A model generated the notes under the pieces. The model made no database searches, was not told the DNA's origin, and was given only the letters and a program-made list of their open reading frames with translations. A stretch of DNA of 56,528 nucleotides, taken from Peptostreptococcaceae bacterium. GTDB taxonomy: Bacteria > Bacillota > Clostridia > Peptostreptococcales > Peptostreptococcaceae. Position 1 is the first letter of the stretch. Every line of letters begins with the position of its first letter. The stretch is from assembly GCA_029983575.1 (NCBI GenBank), contig JASBZE010000001.1:1-56528 (forward strand), written 5' to 3'. A program made the position numbers and the translations under genes. Shown in pieces: positions 26,709 through 35,895 of this stretch.

Positions 26709-29700
26709 ATGTGCAAGCATTGTGGTTTTGAGCCATTGGTTAACTCAAGCGTCAAAGATGCTGAGAAGAAAGTATTTGATTTTTGGCAAGAAGAGGATTT
26801 ATTAAATAAGATCGTAAAAAACCGTGAAGGAAAAGAAAGCTATGTGTTCTATGAAGGACCTCCAACAGCTAACGGAAATCCTGGAATACATCACGTCGTA
26901 GCTAGAACCTTAAAGGATTGGGTTTGTAGATACAAGGCTATGCAGGGATACCAAGTAAAGAGAAAAGCAGGATGGGATACTCACGGTCTTCCTGTAGAGA
27001 TTCAAGTAGAAAAGGAACTAGGATTAAAAGATAAGCAGGAAATAGAAAAGTACGGTATAGCAGAGTTCAACCAAAAATGTAGAGAATCTGTTTTTAAGTT
27101 TGAAAAACAGTGGAGGCTTATGTCTCAGAGGATGGCATATGGAGTTGACCTAGAAAATCCGTACATAACACTAGAGAACGACTATATAGAGACAGTTTTT
27201 TGGATTTTAGATAAATTTAATAAAGAGGGGCTTTTATACGAGGGACATAAGATACTTCCATATTGCCCAAGATGCGGGACCGGTCTTGCTTCACACGAGG
27301 TAGCTCAAGGGTATAAGGAAGTTAAATCCAATACACTTGTAGCTAAGTTTAAGAAGAAGGGCACTGAAAATGAGTACTTCCTAGCTTGGACTACAACTCC
27401 TTGGACACTGCCATTAAATGTTGTTTTGACTGTGCATCCAGAGGTTACTTACATAAAGGCGAAAAAAGGCGACGAGTACTACTATCTAGCTGAAGCTTTG
27501 GCTGATAAACACCTTGGTGAAGGGGAGTACGAAGTTGTTGAGAAGATGCAAGGAAAAGATCTTGAGTATCAAGAGTACGAGCAACTAATGCCTTTTGTTG
27601 AACTAAAGGACAAGGCGTTTTTTATAACACTTGGAGAATATGTTACAACTGAAGACGGTACGGGAATCGTTCATACTGCTCCTGCTTTTGGTGAGGATGA
27701 CTACAATCTAGGTAGAAGATACGGAATACCTGTAGTTCAGCCAGTTGATGAGGAAGGTAAGTTTACAGCTACTCCATGGGAAGGAAGATTCGTAATGGAA
27801 GACGGATTAGACGTGGAGATAATCAAGTGGCTAGCTAAAGAGAATAAGCTATTCTCTAAGGAAAAAGTAGAACATAACTATCCACATTGTTGGAGATGCC
27901 AAACTCCATTGGTTTATTATGCTAAGCCTAGCTGGTATATAGAGATGACTAAGCTAAAGGATACTCTTATCAAAAATAACAACGGGGTAAACTGGTATCC
28001 AGAGTTTGTCGGACAGGGAAGATTTGGAAATTGGCTTGAAGAGCTAAAAGACTGGGCTATTTCAAGAAGTAGATATTGGGGTACTCCTCTACCTGTTTGG
28101 AGATGTGAATGCGGTCATGTTGAAACAGTTGGATCAAGACAAGAGCTTGCTGACAAGGCTATAGAAGAGGTGGATCCAAAGACAATTGAATTACATAGAC
28201 CTTATATAGACGAAGTACATCTTAAGTGTGAGAGCTGTGGAGGTAAGATGACTAGGGTTCCTGACGTTATTGACTGTTGGTTCGATTCAGGGGCGATGCC
28301 TTTTGCTCAACACCACTACCCATTTGAAAACAAGGAAAACTTCGATAAATTATTCCCTGCAGATTTCATTTGTGAGGGTATAGATCAAACGAGAGGATGG
28401 TTCTATTCTCTATTGGCGGTTTCTTCTTTTGTAACAGGCAAGGCTCCTTATAAAAACGTACTTGTAAACGACCTTGTACTAGACAAAGAAGGTAAGAAGA
28501 TGAGTAAGTCTAGAGGTAATACAGTAGATCCTTTCCAAATGTTCGATAAGTACGGTGCAGACGCTCTAAGATGGTACATTCTTTACGTTTCACCACCTTG
28601 GACTCCAATGAGGTTTGACGAAGATGGATTAAAAGAGATAATGAGTAAATTCGTAGGTACTTTAAAGAATACTTACAATTTCTTTACTCTTTACGCAAAT
28701 ACAGATGGCGTTGATCCAAAGAGCTTCTTCGTTGAATACAAGGATAGACCTGAGATAGATAGATGGATGCTATCAAGATTAAACAATCTTAAAAAAGAAG
28801 TAACTGAGAATCTAGAGGTATTTGAAGTAAATAAAACTATAAGAAGGATGCAGGAATTCTTAAACGACGACCTATCAAACTGGTACATCAGAAGATGTAG
28901 GAGGAGATTCTGGACAACTGAACTAGATCAAGATAAAAAGGCGGTTTACAATACTACCTATGAGGTACTTGAGGAGTTCTCAAGGATGATAGCACCATTT
29001 GCACCTTTCCTATCAGAGGAGATGTATCAGAAACTAACTGGCGAATTCTCAGTTCACATGGCGGATTATCCTGAATTTAATCCAGATTTAGTTGATGAAA
29101 AGCTAGAAGAAAAGATGGAAGTTACTCGTAACCTAGTAACTCTTGGTAGAGCAGCTAGAGAGAGCTCAAAAGTAAAGGTACGTCAACCACTAAACTCTGT
29201 AATGGTCGATGGAAAGTACGAAGCAGTCATGGGAGATTTGCAAGAACTAATCAAAGAGGAACTAAATGTAAAAGAAGTGGTATTTGCAAAAAATCTTTCA
29301 GAGTTTATGAACTTCTCGCTTAAGCCAAACTTTAAGGAGCTTGGTCCAAAGCTAGGTAAGAATATGAATCTATTTGCCAAGACTCTTTCAGAGTTAGACG
29401 CACATGAAGCTGTTGAGGAACTTGAGTCAGGAGCTAAACTAAGCGTAAATCTTGATGGAGAGCAGTTTGACTTCACATTAGATGATGTTATAGTAAACAT
29501 AAGTGCGAAAGAGGGATTTGACGTTGCTATGGCGAACAATATGTTCGTAATCCTAGACACTCATTTAACTGATGAACTCGTTATGGAAGGACTGGCTAGA
29601 GAATTTGTATCTAAGGTACAGCAAATGAGAAAGGCTAGTGGATTTGAAGTATTGGATAATATAAGGGTGTACTACAAAGCGGATGAAGATGTCAAGAAGG

Positions 29701-29831
29701 CTCTAGAAGCTTTTGACGAGTACATCAAGTCTGAGACTCTAACAGTAGAGCTTATCGAATCTGATGGAGAAGGATTTGAAGTTCAAGATCTAAATGATCA
29801 CGAGACTAAGATGAAGGTCGAAAAAGCTTAG
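26709..29831 (+). CDS. ileS: Isoleucine--tRNA ligase (long, type 2-like form)
   Basis: 1040 aa. HIGH-region motif PPTANGNPGIHHV, KMSKS motif present, and the CP1 editing-domain signature WTTTPWTLP. Confidence 0.95.
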   Translation: MCKHCGFEPLVNSSVKDAEKKVFDFWQEEDLLNKIVKNREGKESYVFYEGPPTANGNPGIHHVVARTLKDWVCRYKAMQGYQVKRKAGWDTHGLPVEIQVEKELGLKDKQEIEKYGIAEFNQKCRESVFKFEKQWRLMSQRMAYGVDLENPYITLENDYIETVFWILDKFNKEGLLYEGHKILPYCPRCGTGLASHEVAQGYKEVKSNTLVAKFKKKGTENEYFLAWTTTPWTLPLNVVLTVHPEVTYIKAKKGDEYYYLAEALADKHLGEGEYEVVEKMQGKDLEYQEYEQLMPFVELKDKAFFITLGEYVTTEDGTGIVHTAPAFGEDDYNLGRRYGIPVVQPVDEEGKFTATPWEGRFVMEDGLDVEIIKWLAKENKLFSKEKVEHNYPHCWRCQTPLVYYAKPSWYIEMTKLKDTLIKNNNGVNWYPEFVGQGRFGNWLEELKDWAISRSRYWGTPLPVWRCECGHVETVGSRQELADKAIEEVDPKTIELHRPYIDEVHLKCESCGGKMTRVPDVIDCWFDSGAMPFAQHHYPFENKENFDKLFPADFICEGIDQTRGWFYSLLAVSSFVTGKAPYKNVLVNDLVLDKEGKKMSKSRGNTVDPFQMFDKYGADALRWYILYVSPPWTPMRFDEDGLKEIMSKFVGTLKNTYNFFTLYANTDGVDPKSFFVEYKDRPEIDRWMLSRLNNLKKEVTENLEVFEVNKTIRRMQEFLNDDLSNWYIRRCRRRFWTTELDQDKKAVYNTTYEVLEEFSRMIAPFAPFLSEEMYQKLTGEFSVHMADYPEFNPDLVDEKLEEKMEVTRNLVTLGRAARESSKVKVRQPLNSVMVDGKYEAVMGDLQELIKEELNVKEVVFAKNLSEFMNFSLKPNFKELGPKLGKNMNLFAKTLSELDAHEAVEELESGAKLSVNLDGEQFDFTLDDVIVNISAKEGFDVAMANNMFVILDTHLTDELVMEGLAREFVSKVQQMRKASGFEVLDNIRVYYKADEDVKKALEAFDEYIKSETLTVELIESDGEGFEVQDLNDHETKMKVEKA

Positions 29832-29871
29832 ATAGCTATCAGCATTAAATTTCTAGTACGTTGTGGTAAAA

Positions 29872-30819
29872 ATGAAAAAAAATAAAGTATTGATAATAAG
29901 ATATTTGGTATTTTTCCTTGTGGTGGCAACCACTGTATATTTTGTCACCACTAGGGCAATACTTTTATCAAATGCTCCAAAGGGAGCAAAACTCATATAT
30001 TTGTACGACGTTAGATACAAACTATACTACATGAGTTTAGCAATGGTGGCACTGGTATACTTTGAAGTATTGTTGAATATGGATATCTTAAATCTTATAG
30101 GAACTAAAAAAGTAAGAGTACTAATCAGAGTTTTGAGTGTGATACTAACTGTAGTTCTAATAGGAAGGCTTAGTGTTTCCATGGCACTGAGAGATAACTA
30201 CAGAGAGTATTCATACGATGGTGGCATAATTGTAGTCAAGGGATTATTTTCTTATGAACCGACATATTATAAGTATGAGAAAAGCGGTAAGTATTATAAG
30301 ATAAATCCTGAAATTATTAGTTCAAAAGAGTTTTTTGAGTTTATAGGTGAAAATTCCACAATAGACCAGAATGGAAAACTAATAACCATTGAGAGAAATG
30401 AAGATTCCCAAGGCAATATAAATAATCCTAAAAAAGAAAAAGAAACTGACAAAGGTAAATCCATTGAGTATGAAATCAATAGGGATGAAATCAATAAATT
30501 AAACAAGGAAGAAGATGAATGGATTAAAAAAGTTGACAGTGGCTATGATAGGATATACCGAGAAAAATTATCTTCAAAATATGGTAACAAGTCAAAAGAA
30601 TATACAGCAAAAGGAGAAGTATTTTATATATTAAAAGAAAATAAATCAGAGGTTGTTTATATTCAGTTTGATAGGGAAGATGAAAATACCAAGTCCATGC
30701 TTTATGAAGTTAGAAAGTCAAAAAAACAAAAAGATGGAAGTTACTCCAGATTTGAAAGTGAACTTTTGAATAGGTATATATACTATTACGATTCAAATGA
30801 GATAAAAGAAATAGGTTAA
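29872..30819 (+). CDS. Hypothetical membrane-anchored protein (about 3 N-terminal TM helices plus a Lys/Glu/Tyr-rich soluble domain)
   Basis: ORF 29863..30819. MKKNKVLIIRYLVFFLVVATTVYFV looks like an N-terminal anchor, so the ATG at 29872 is preferred. No clear SD and no motif I recognise. Confidence 0.55.
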   Translation: MKKNKVLIIRYLVFFLVVATTVYFVTTRAILLSNAPKGAKLIYLYDVRYKLYYMSLAMVALVYFEVLLNMDILNLIGTKKVRVLIRVLSVILTVVLIGRLSVSMALRDNYREYSYDGGIIVVKGLFSYEPTYYKYEKSGKYYKINPEIISSKEFFEFIGENSTIDQNGKLITIERNEDSQGNINNPKKEKETDKGKSIEYEINRDEINKLNKEEDEWIKKVDSGYDRIYREKLSSKYGNKSKEYTAKGEVFYILKENKSEVVYIQFDREDENTKSMLYEVRKSKKQKDGSYSRFESELLNRYIYYYDSNEIKEIG

Positions 30820-30850
30820 TTTTTAAATGAAATTAAGTGCTACAAATAAG

Positions 30851-30878
30851 GAGGGTGGTCAAGCATAGGACCACCCTC
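30851..30878. terminator. Probable bidirectional terminator between convergent genes
   Basis: gagggtggtc / gaccaccctc form a perfect 10-bp stem with an 8-nt loop. T-rich flank on the plus strand (ctttaag) and U-rich flank on the minus strand (cuuauuug). Confidence 0.65.
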
Positions 30879-30949
30879 TTTAAGATTGTTACATAAATGC
30901 ATATTGATGTTGTACTATTTAAGCCTAGGGGTGTGTAAATTATCTATAT

Positions 30950-31873
30950 CTACGCCTTGACTCTTTTTTTAAAGTTTATCTCCAAGCTTATCACAGATAG
31001 TATTACGATTACTGCTCCTAGGACCTGCATAGGACTGATGGCCTCTTGAAATACCAAGAAAGCCATGAAACTAGCAAATATCGGCTCTAGAGCTACCATC
31101 ATAGATGGAAGTGAGGTTCCTATATAGTCTGTGCATTTTAAATACAAACTAGAAGCAACATAAGTAGAAAATACCCCGACACATAAAATGTTTAGCACAA
31201 TAAACCAAGGTGAGTTAGAATTGATAATAGAATTTTTTATGCCAGGAAAATCAACAAATATACCAAGTATTATTGCCGCACTCCAAAATCCGTACAATAA
31301 CATTGAATCCTTGCTGTATTTGTTTTTTGCCATCTTAGGTATTATTATCTGAAGTGCAAAGGTAAGTCCGTTAAAAGCACCGAAGATAACGCCCCACATA
31401 TCCAAATTAGAGGATCCATTTTCAAAAATATCTATGACCATCAAGCATCCTATTATACAAGTTGTTATGAGGATGGCTTTTTTTGTGCTAAAACCTTCTT
31501 TAAATAAGAAGTAATTAAAGATGGTTACCCAAATCGGATTGGAGAACATCAGCACTGTCGCCACAGCAATTGGAACCCTCTCCACTGAAAGACTGTAGAG
31601 GGTAAGACCAAATGCGTATGAAATCGCCCCGTATACAATACAAAAAATAAGTCCCTTAATTCCTATCTTAAACACCGACCTATCCTTTATCAAATAGGTT
31701 AGAGTGAGTAAAACTGCCGCTGTAAAGCACCTAAAAAATGATATAGAAGTAGATGGAAGATTGTACATACTTAGGTATCTGCTGTTAATGGCCATTATAC
31801 TCCAAAAAAAAGTTGCAATTACCATCATAGCGATACCTTTTCTCTTACTGCTTGATATTTCAATCACCTCCAA
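30950..31873 (-). CDS. EamA/DMT-family transporter
   Basis: 307 aa with about 10 TM segments and two EamA-like halves. The start is uncertain: TTG at 31873 per the ORF track, or the ATG-ATG pair about 14 codons downstream. Confidence 0.8.
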   Translation of the reverse strand: MEVIEISSSKRKGIAMMVIATFFWSIMAINSRYLSMYNLPSTSISFFRCFTAAVLLTLTYLIKDRSVFKIGIKGLIFCIVYGAISYAFGLTLYSLSVERVPIAVATVLMFSNPIWVTIFNYFLFKEGFSTKKAILITTCIIGCLMVIDIFENGSSNLDMWGVIFGAFNGLTFALQIIIPKMAKNKYSKDSMLLYGFWSAAIILGIFVDFPGIKNSIINSNSPWFIVLNILCVGVFSTYVASSLYLKCTDYIGTSLPSMMVALEPIFASFMAFLVFQEAISPMQVLGAVIVILSVISLEINFKKRVKA

Positions 31874-31975
31874 AAGAACGACGAGTCAATTAAGTTAAAT
31901 TATATCATCTAAAACACATCAATAATTTGAAGTAAATTATCTAGAACATATATTAAAGTATAAATTTTTTTAATC

Positions 31976-32848
31976 TTATATCTTTACGCGTTCTGATCTT
32001 ATCGTTGAACTCATATAAATTATTATAGCAACCCAAATGAAAATAAAGCTTATGATATTTATCTTCGTAAGTGGTTCCTTATAAACTAGAGCACCTATCA
32101 TAAGTTGCATCATAGGATTTATATACATTAGTATACCCGCAGTCGCCATTGGAGTAGTTCTCATACCCCTTGCGAATAGTACCTGTGGAATAGCCGTCAC
32201 AACACCTGTCATAGGAACTAGAACTAGACTTAACCCACTTAGATTAGACAAAGCCCCTATGCCTTTTGATTCAAAATAACCTATAGCTATAAGTGCTAGT
32301 GGAGTCATTATAAGCGTCTCTACAAATACTGACACCATTCCCGAACAACTTACCTTCTTCTTTGCGGCACCATATATAGAAAAAGATAAGGCTATCATAA
32401 GAGCTAATACAGGTATTTTTCCATATACGAAAATAGGTATCATAACACCGATAAATGCGATTGCTATAGCTATGCCCTTAACCTTAGTGATTTTTTCATG
32501 AAATAGAAAAAAACCTAATATAAATGAAATAATTGGGAATAGGAAATACGCAAGAGAGGCTTCGACGATGTGGTTTGTAACTACCGCAAATATGTACAAG
32601 CCCCAGTTTAGCGTTACTGCTATAGAAGCGTAAACCAAAAACTTCATTTCGGTTTTATTTTTAAATACACGCTTTAATTCACTAGCTCCTCCTGTCAAAA
32701 CAATAATGATTCCGCAAAAAACAAACGACCATACTATCCTGGAGGAGAGTGCGTAAATAGAGCTTAAACCGTTGAGAGACTTCCAAAATATTGGTAAGAC
32801 ACCCCAGAAAAGATAACATAGAAGAATTGATAAAGGTCCTTTTTTCAT
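31976..32848 (-). CDS. rarD: RarD-like EamA/DMT-family transporter
   Basis: 290 aa. The N-terminus MKKGPLSILLCYLFWGVLPIFWK is RarD-like. A GGGAGG SD is present. Confidence 0.75.
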   Translation of the reverse strand: MKKGPLSILLCYLFWGVLPIFWKSLNGLSSIYALSSRIVWSFVFCGIIIVLTGGASELKRVFKNKTEMKFLVYASIAVTLNWGLYIFAVVTNHIVEASLAYFLFPIISFILGFFLFHEKITKVKGIAIAIAFIGVMIPIFVYGKIPVLALMIALSFSIYGAAKKKVSCSGMVSVFVETLIMTPLALIAIGYFESKGIGALSNLSGLSLVLVPMTGVVTAIPQVLFARGMRTTPMATAGILMYINPMMQLMIGALVYKEPLTKINIISFIFIWVAIIIYMSSTIRSERVKI

Positions 32849-32860
32849 AGTTAACCTCCC

Positions 32861-32904
32861 AAAAAAATATTAGTACGACCGAGGAAAACCTCAGTCATAC
32901 TAAT
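32861..32904 (-). terminator. Minus-strand intrinsic terminator/leader hairpin directly upstream of the rarD SD
   Basis: On the minus-strand RNA, a 16-bp stem (auuaguaugacugagg / ccucggucguacuaau) includes 2 G-U pairs that would be C-A mismatches on the plus strand. It has a UUUU loop and is followed by A-U7-GGGAGG. Confidence 0.65.
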
Positions 32905-33036
32905 ATAATACACTCTCTTTTCACAAAAATCAACATTATTTCATAAGCATAAAATTAATATAGTATTTGTTCATAAAGTTATGAAAAACGAAGAAATAAA
33001 TCTTCCTCAAATTTTATAATCATAAAATCAACGAGA

Positions 33037-34116
33037 TTAGTCGATTACTATTATATCCTTTGTGAAACTATTTAAAGATTCGCATCCGTCCTCAGTAACT
33101 AGCACTAGGTCTTCAACTCTAACTCCAAACTCTCCTTGTAGATATATTCCCGGTTCTATTGAGAATATCATACCAGGTTCTGCAACTATCTCTGATACAG
33201 AAGATACATCACCGAAATCATGGTCTTCTAAGCCGCACATATGACCTGTTCTGTGAGTAAACTGTGGTCCGTATCCCTTTTCTGTTATGTAATCTCTACA
33301 AGCCGCGTCAACGTCTTTAAGTTTAACACCCGGCTTAACCTTAGCTATACCTCTCTCGCAAGCCTCTCTTACTATATTGTAAACTTCCTTGCCTTTTTCT
33401 GGTACGCTCTTGTAAAATACTGTTCTGGTCATATCTGAGCAGTAGCTGTCCTTTAATCCACCTATATCTAGGATTATGGCATCTCCCTCTTTCATATATC
33501 TATCTCCAGGTTCTCCGTGTGGGTTAGCTCCGTTTGCAGCAATACCTATTATCGGATCGAAAGAAACTCCTTCACAACCAACTTCTTTGTATAGTTGAAC
33601 GAGTTCATCTGCCATTTCAATCTCGCTCTTTTTAGGATCGAGTATTTCTTTTATAAGCCTTTCCATTACATTGTCATTGATCTTAGAAGATTTTTTCATA
33701 AGTTCAATTTCTTCGGCATCTTTGACCATTCTCATATTGTCTATTATGTAAGAAACGTTTATAAACTTATTTCCCTCTTTATGACCCATAAGACCTAGAA
33801 GGAATCTCGCAGGCCAGTTTTTGTCAACTCCTATTGTAACCCCATCTTTAACGTATGAAGCCACTATTGCTACAGAATCTTCCGTATCGTTATAAACTAC
33901 TGGCTCAACTCCATAATCCTTATCTAGAGGGAATAATTCGTTGATAAATAGTTTGTGATCCCCTTGAGAATCTAGCAATAAAGCGAAAAGTCTCTCTCCT
34001 GAATTTAATTTCAGTCCTGTTAAATAAAAAATAGCGTATGAATCAGAGATTATAGCTTGTGCTATATCGTCTTTCTTCATCATATCAAGAACCTTTTGAA
34101 CTCTTTGTGCTTTCAT
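33037..34116 (-). CDS. M24B-family Xaa-Pro dipeptidase/aminopeptidase
   Basis: About 359 aa. Creatinase-like N-domain plus a pita-bread C-domain with metal ligands (DIGG..YCSDMTRT, HRTGHMCGLEDHD, IEPGIY, VRVEDL). A GGGAGGTG SD favours the ATG at 34116. Confidence 0.88.
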   Translation of the reverse strand: MKAQRVQKVLDMMKKDDIAQAIISDSYAIFYLTGLKLNSGERLFALLLDSQGDHKLFINELFPLDKDYGVEPVVYNDTEDSVAIVASYVKDGVTIGVDKNWPARFLLGLMGHKEGNKFINVSYIIDNMRMVKDAEEIELMKKSSKINDNVMERLIKEILDPKKSEIEMADELVQLYKEVGCEGVSFDPIIGIAANGANPHGEPGDRYMKEGDAIILDIGGLKDSYCSDMTRTVFYKSVPEKGKEVYNIVREACERGIAKVKPGVKLKDVDAACRDYITEKGYGPQFTHRTGHMCGLEDHDFGDVSSVSEIVAEPGMIFSIEPGIYLQGEFGVRVEDLVLVTEDGCESLNSFTKDIIVID

Positions 34117-34297
34117 TTTAGCACCTCCCAAAAAAATATTATACAATATTATTTTATCATGAAATAGTAAATACATATAGGGTAATGAAGGAAATTTTAA
34201 AAAAGAGTTTGAGCTATCACATACGAAATAAAAATATTTTTTTCAACTGAAACTGCTTAAATATGAGAACCGCTACTGTTTTTTGAGTAAAGTGTCC

Positions 34298-34326
34298 TTG
34301 ATATATAAAGGGATATTTGTTATAAT
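34298..34326 (+). promoter_or_regulatory. Sigma-A promoter (TTGATA-17 nt-TATAAT) for the NlpC/P60 gene
   Basis: -35 at 34298-34303, a 17-nt spacer, and a perfect -10 at 34321-34326. Confidence 0.7.
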
Positions 34327-34386
34327 GGTTTCGTGATTTACGTTTAATTTCACACATTTGGGCTGAAAATGAAAGGTGGTATTCGA

Positions 34387-35730
34387 ATGAAAAAAGCTAT
34401 AGCAGCTGCAGGCTTAGGTGTGGTGGCGATCGCACTTAGCTCAGGTTCTGCACACGCTTCGGAAAATGTGGATGCATCTCAAACAGCCTTGGAAGTAAAA
34501 CATGACCAAGGGAATTCTGCTGATGCGGATTCAATTGAAAATCCCGGTGGTGATCTAGGGTCTTACGAAAACAGTGTTTCCTATGACAAGACATCACCAG
34601 TACCGTCTCAATCAACTGAAGATAAAGGCGTTAAAGCGGATGATTCAAAAGCAAATGATTCAATTGATTACGCACAAAAAGATGTAACCTCAGTGGAGAA
34701 GACAGAAAGTAAAGATGGCACAGTTAGTCAGTTTAAAAATGACAAAGACAGGGCTGTTGTCAGCAGCGGTGGACTGAACATCAGAGTAAACCCCAATGTT
34801 TCAGAAAAAATGATTGGAACTCTAGGTGAGGGCGAAGAGGTAAAAGTTCTAGACAGACAAGGAGGATGGGCTAAGGTCCAAACTAAAAATGGCATAGGAT
34901 GGGTTAGTGGATACTATGTTGTCGGAGATACAAAGGTAGACAATGTACTACAGAACCAACCTAAAAAAGCCGTTATAGGTTCTCCTAAAGAAAATGTGAA
35001 GGTAGTTACAACTGAACAAAAAGATCCTTCATACATCAAGACTAGCGGTAAGGTCGTTTCTTATACGGACTTAAATGTTAGGATGGGTCCTGGAACAAGC
35101 ACTTCTGTAATTGGAACCGCATCTAAGGGACAAGTTGTGAATATTATTGAAGAGAGCGATGGATGGTATAAGGTTATAACAGACAGTGGTCTCACAGGTT
35201 GGTGTAGTGGTGCGTACATTACGCAAATCGAAGAGCCTACAGCCATTTCAAATGCCGTAAATGGATCTGTTGAAGCAGACAAGGCCTCTTCAAAAATTGA
35301 GGAAAAGAAAGCGGAACAACAAAAGACCGATTCAATCCCTTCTTCAGCTAAGGGAAATCAAGTTGTCAAGGCAGCTTCAAGGTTATTGGGTACTCCATAC
35401 GTCTGGGGAGGATCTACGACTAGAGGATTTGATTGTTCTGGATTTACTCAATACGTATTTGAAAATTCACTAGGTATAAATATACCAAGGGTTTCTTCTC
35501 AACAGGCTGCTGGAGGTAAAGCAGTAGCTAAGGGCCAATATCAAGTAGGAGATCTAGTATATTTTGCAACTACTGGAAGGGGAACTACAAGTCACGTAGG
35601 AATATATATAGGAGATAATATGTTTATACATGCAAGTGGTACTCCATCAAATCCTGACAGGGTCAAAGTTGATTCACTAGGATCATCTTATTGGCAAAAA
35701 GCACTTCTAGGTGCGAGAAGATACAGTTAA
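34387..35730 (+). CDS. Secreted peptidoglycan endopeptidase: signal peptide, low-complexity linker, 2x SH3b, NlpC/P60 domain
   Basis: Signal peptide MKKAIAAAGLGVVAIALSSGSAHA. Two SH3b repeats (LNIRVNPN...GWAKV...GWVSGYYV and LNVRMGPG...GWYKV...GWCSGAYI). NlpC/P60 catalytic residues: Cys in GFDCSGFTQYVF and His in HVGIYIG. Confidence 0.9.
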   Translation: MKKAIAAAGLGVVAIALSSGSAHASENVDASQTALEVKHDQGNSADADSIENPGGDLGSYENSVSYDKTSPVPSQSTEDKGVKADDSKANDSIDYAQKDVTSVEKTESKDGTVSQFKNDKDRAVVSSGGLNIRVNPNVSEKMIGTLGEGEEVKVLDRQGGWAKVQTKNGIGWVSGYYVVGDTKVDNVLQNQPKKAVIGSPKENVKVVTTEQKDPSYIKTSGKVVSYTDLNVRMGPGTSTSVIGTASKGQVVNIIEESDGWYKVITDSGLTGWCSGAYITQIEEPTAISNAVNGSVEADKASSKIEEKKAEQQKTDSIPSSAKGNQVVKAASRLLGTPYVWGGSTTRGFDCSGFTQYVFENSLGINIPRVSSQQAAGGKAVAKGQYQVGDLVYFATTGRGTTSHVGIYIGDNMFIHASGTPSNPDRVKVDSLGSSYWQKALLGARRYS

Positions 35731-35770
35731 AATTAAAGAGCTGGTTTTAGTACAAGCTTATTAACTAATT

Positions 35771-35798
35771 CATTCCTTCCAGGAATCTGGAAGGAATG
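35771..35798 (+). terminator. Terminator-like hairpin after the NlpC/P60 gene (weak U-tract)
   Basis: cattccttccag / ctggaaggaatg form a perfect 12-bp stem with a 4-nt loop. The downstream sequence, taattacg, is only moderately T-rich. Confidence 0.5.
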
Positions 35799-35895
35799 TA
35801 ATTACGTATAAATGTATACAATTTTTTTTGTTTTTATAGTATACTATTATATGTAATAACTTTTTATTTAATTTATCTAATAAGGGGGTAAAGGA

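Noticed and set aside
32854-34141. An identical 19-mer, acctcccaaaaaaatatta, occurs upstream of both rarD (32854-32872) and the M24 peptidase (34123-34141) on the minus strand.
   Set aside because: It consists of an SD (GGGAGGT) plus a U/A-rich tract that overlaps a terminator in one case and a -10 box in the other. It is most likely convergent low-complexity sequence rather than a shared operator.
34327-34386. I looked for a cyclic-di-AMP (ydaO-type) or other riboswitch upstream of the NlpC/P60 hydrolase, since such genes are frequent riboswitch targets.
   Set aside because: The predicted 5' UTR after the TTGATA-17-TATAAT promoter is only ~55 nt. That is too short for the ydaO fold, and no conserved core motifs were seen.
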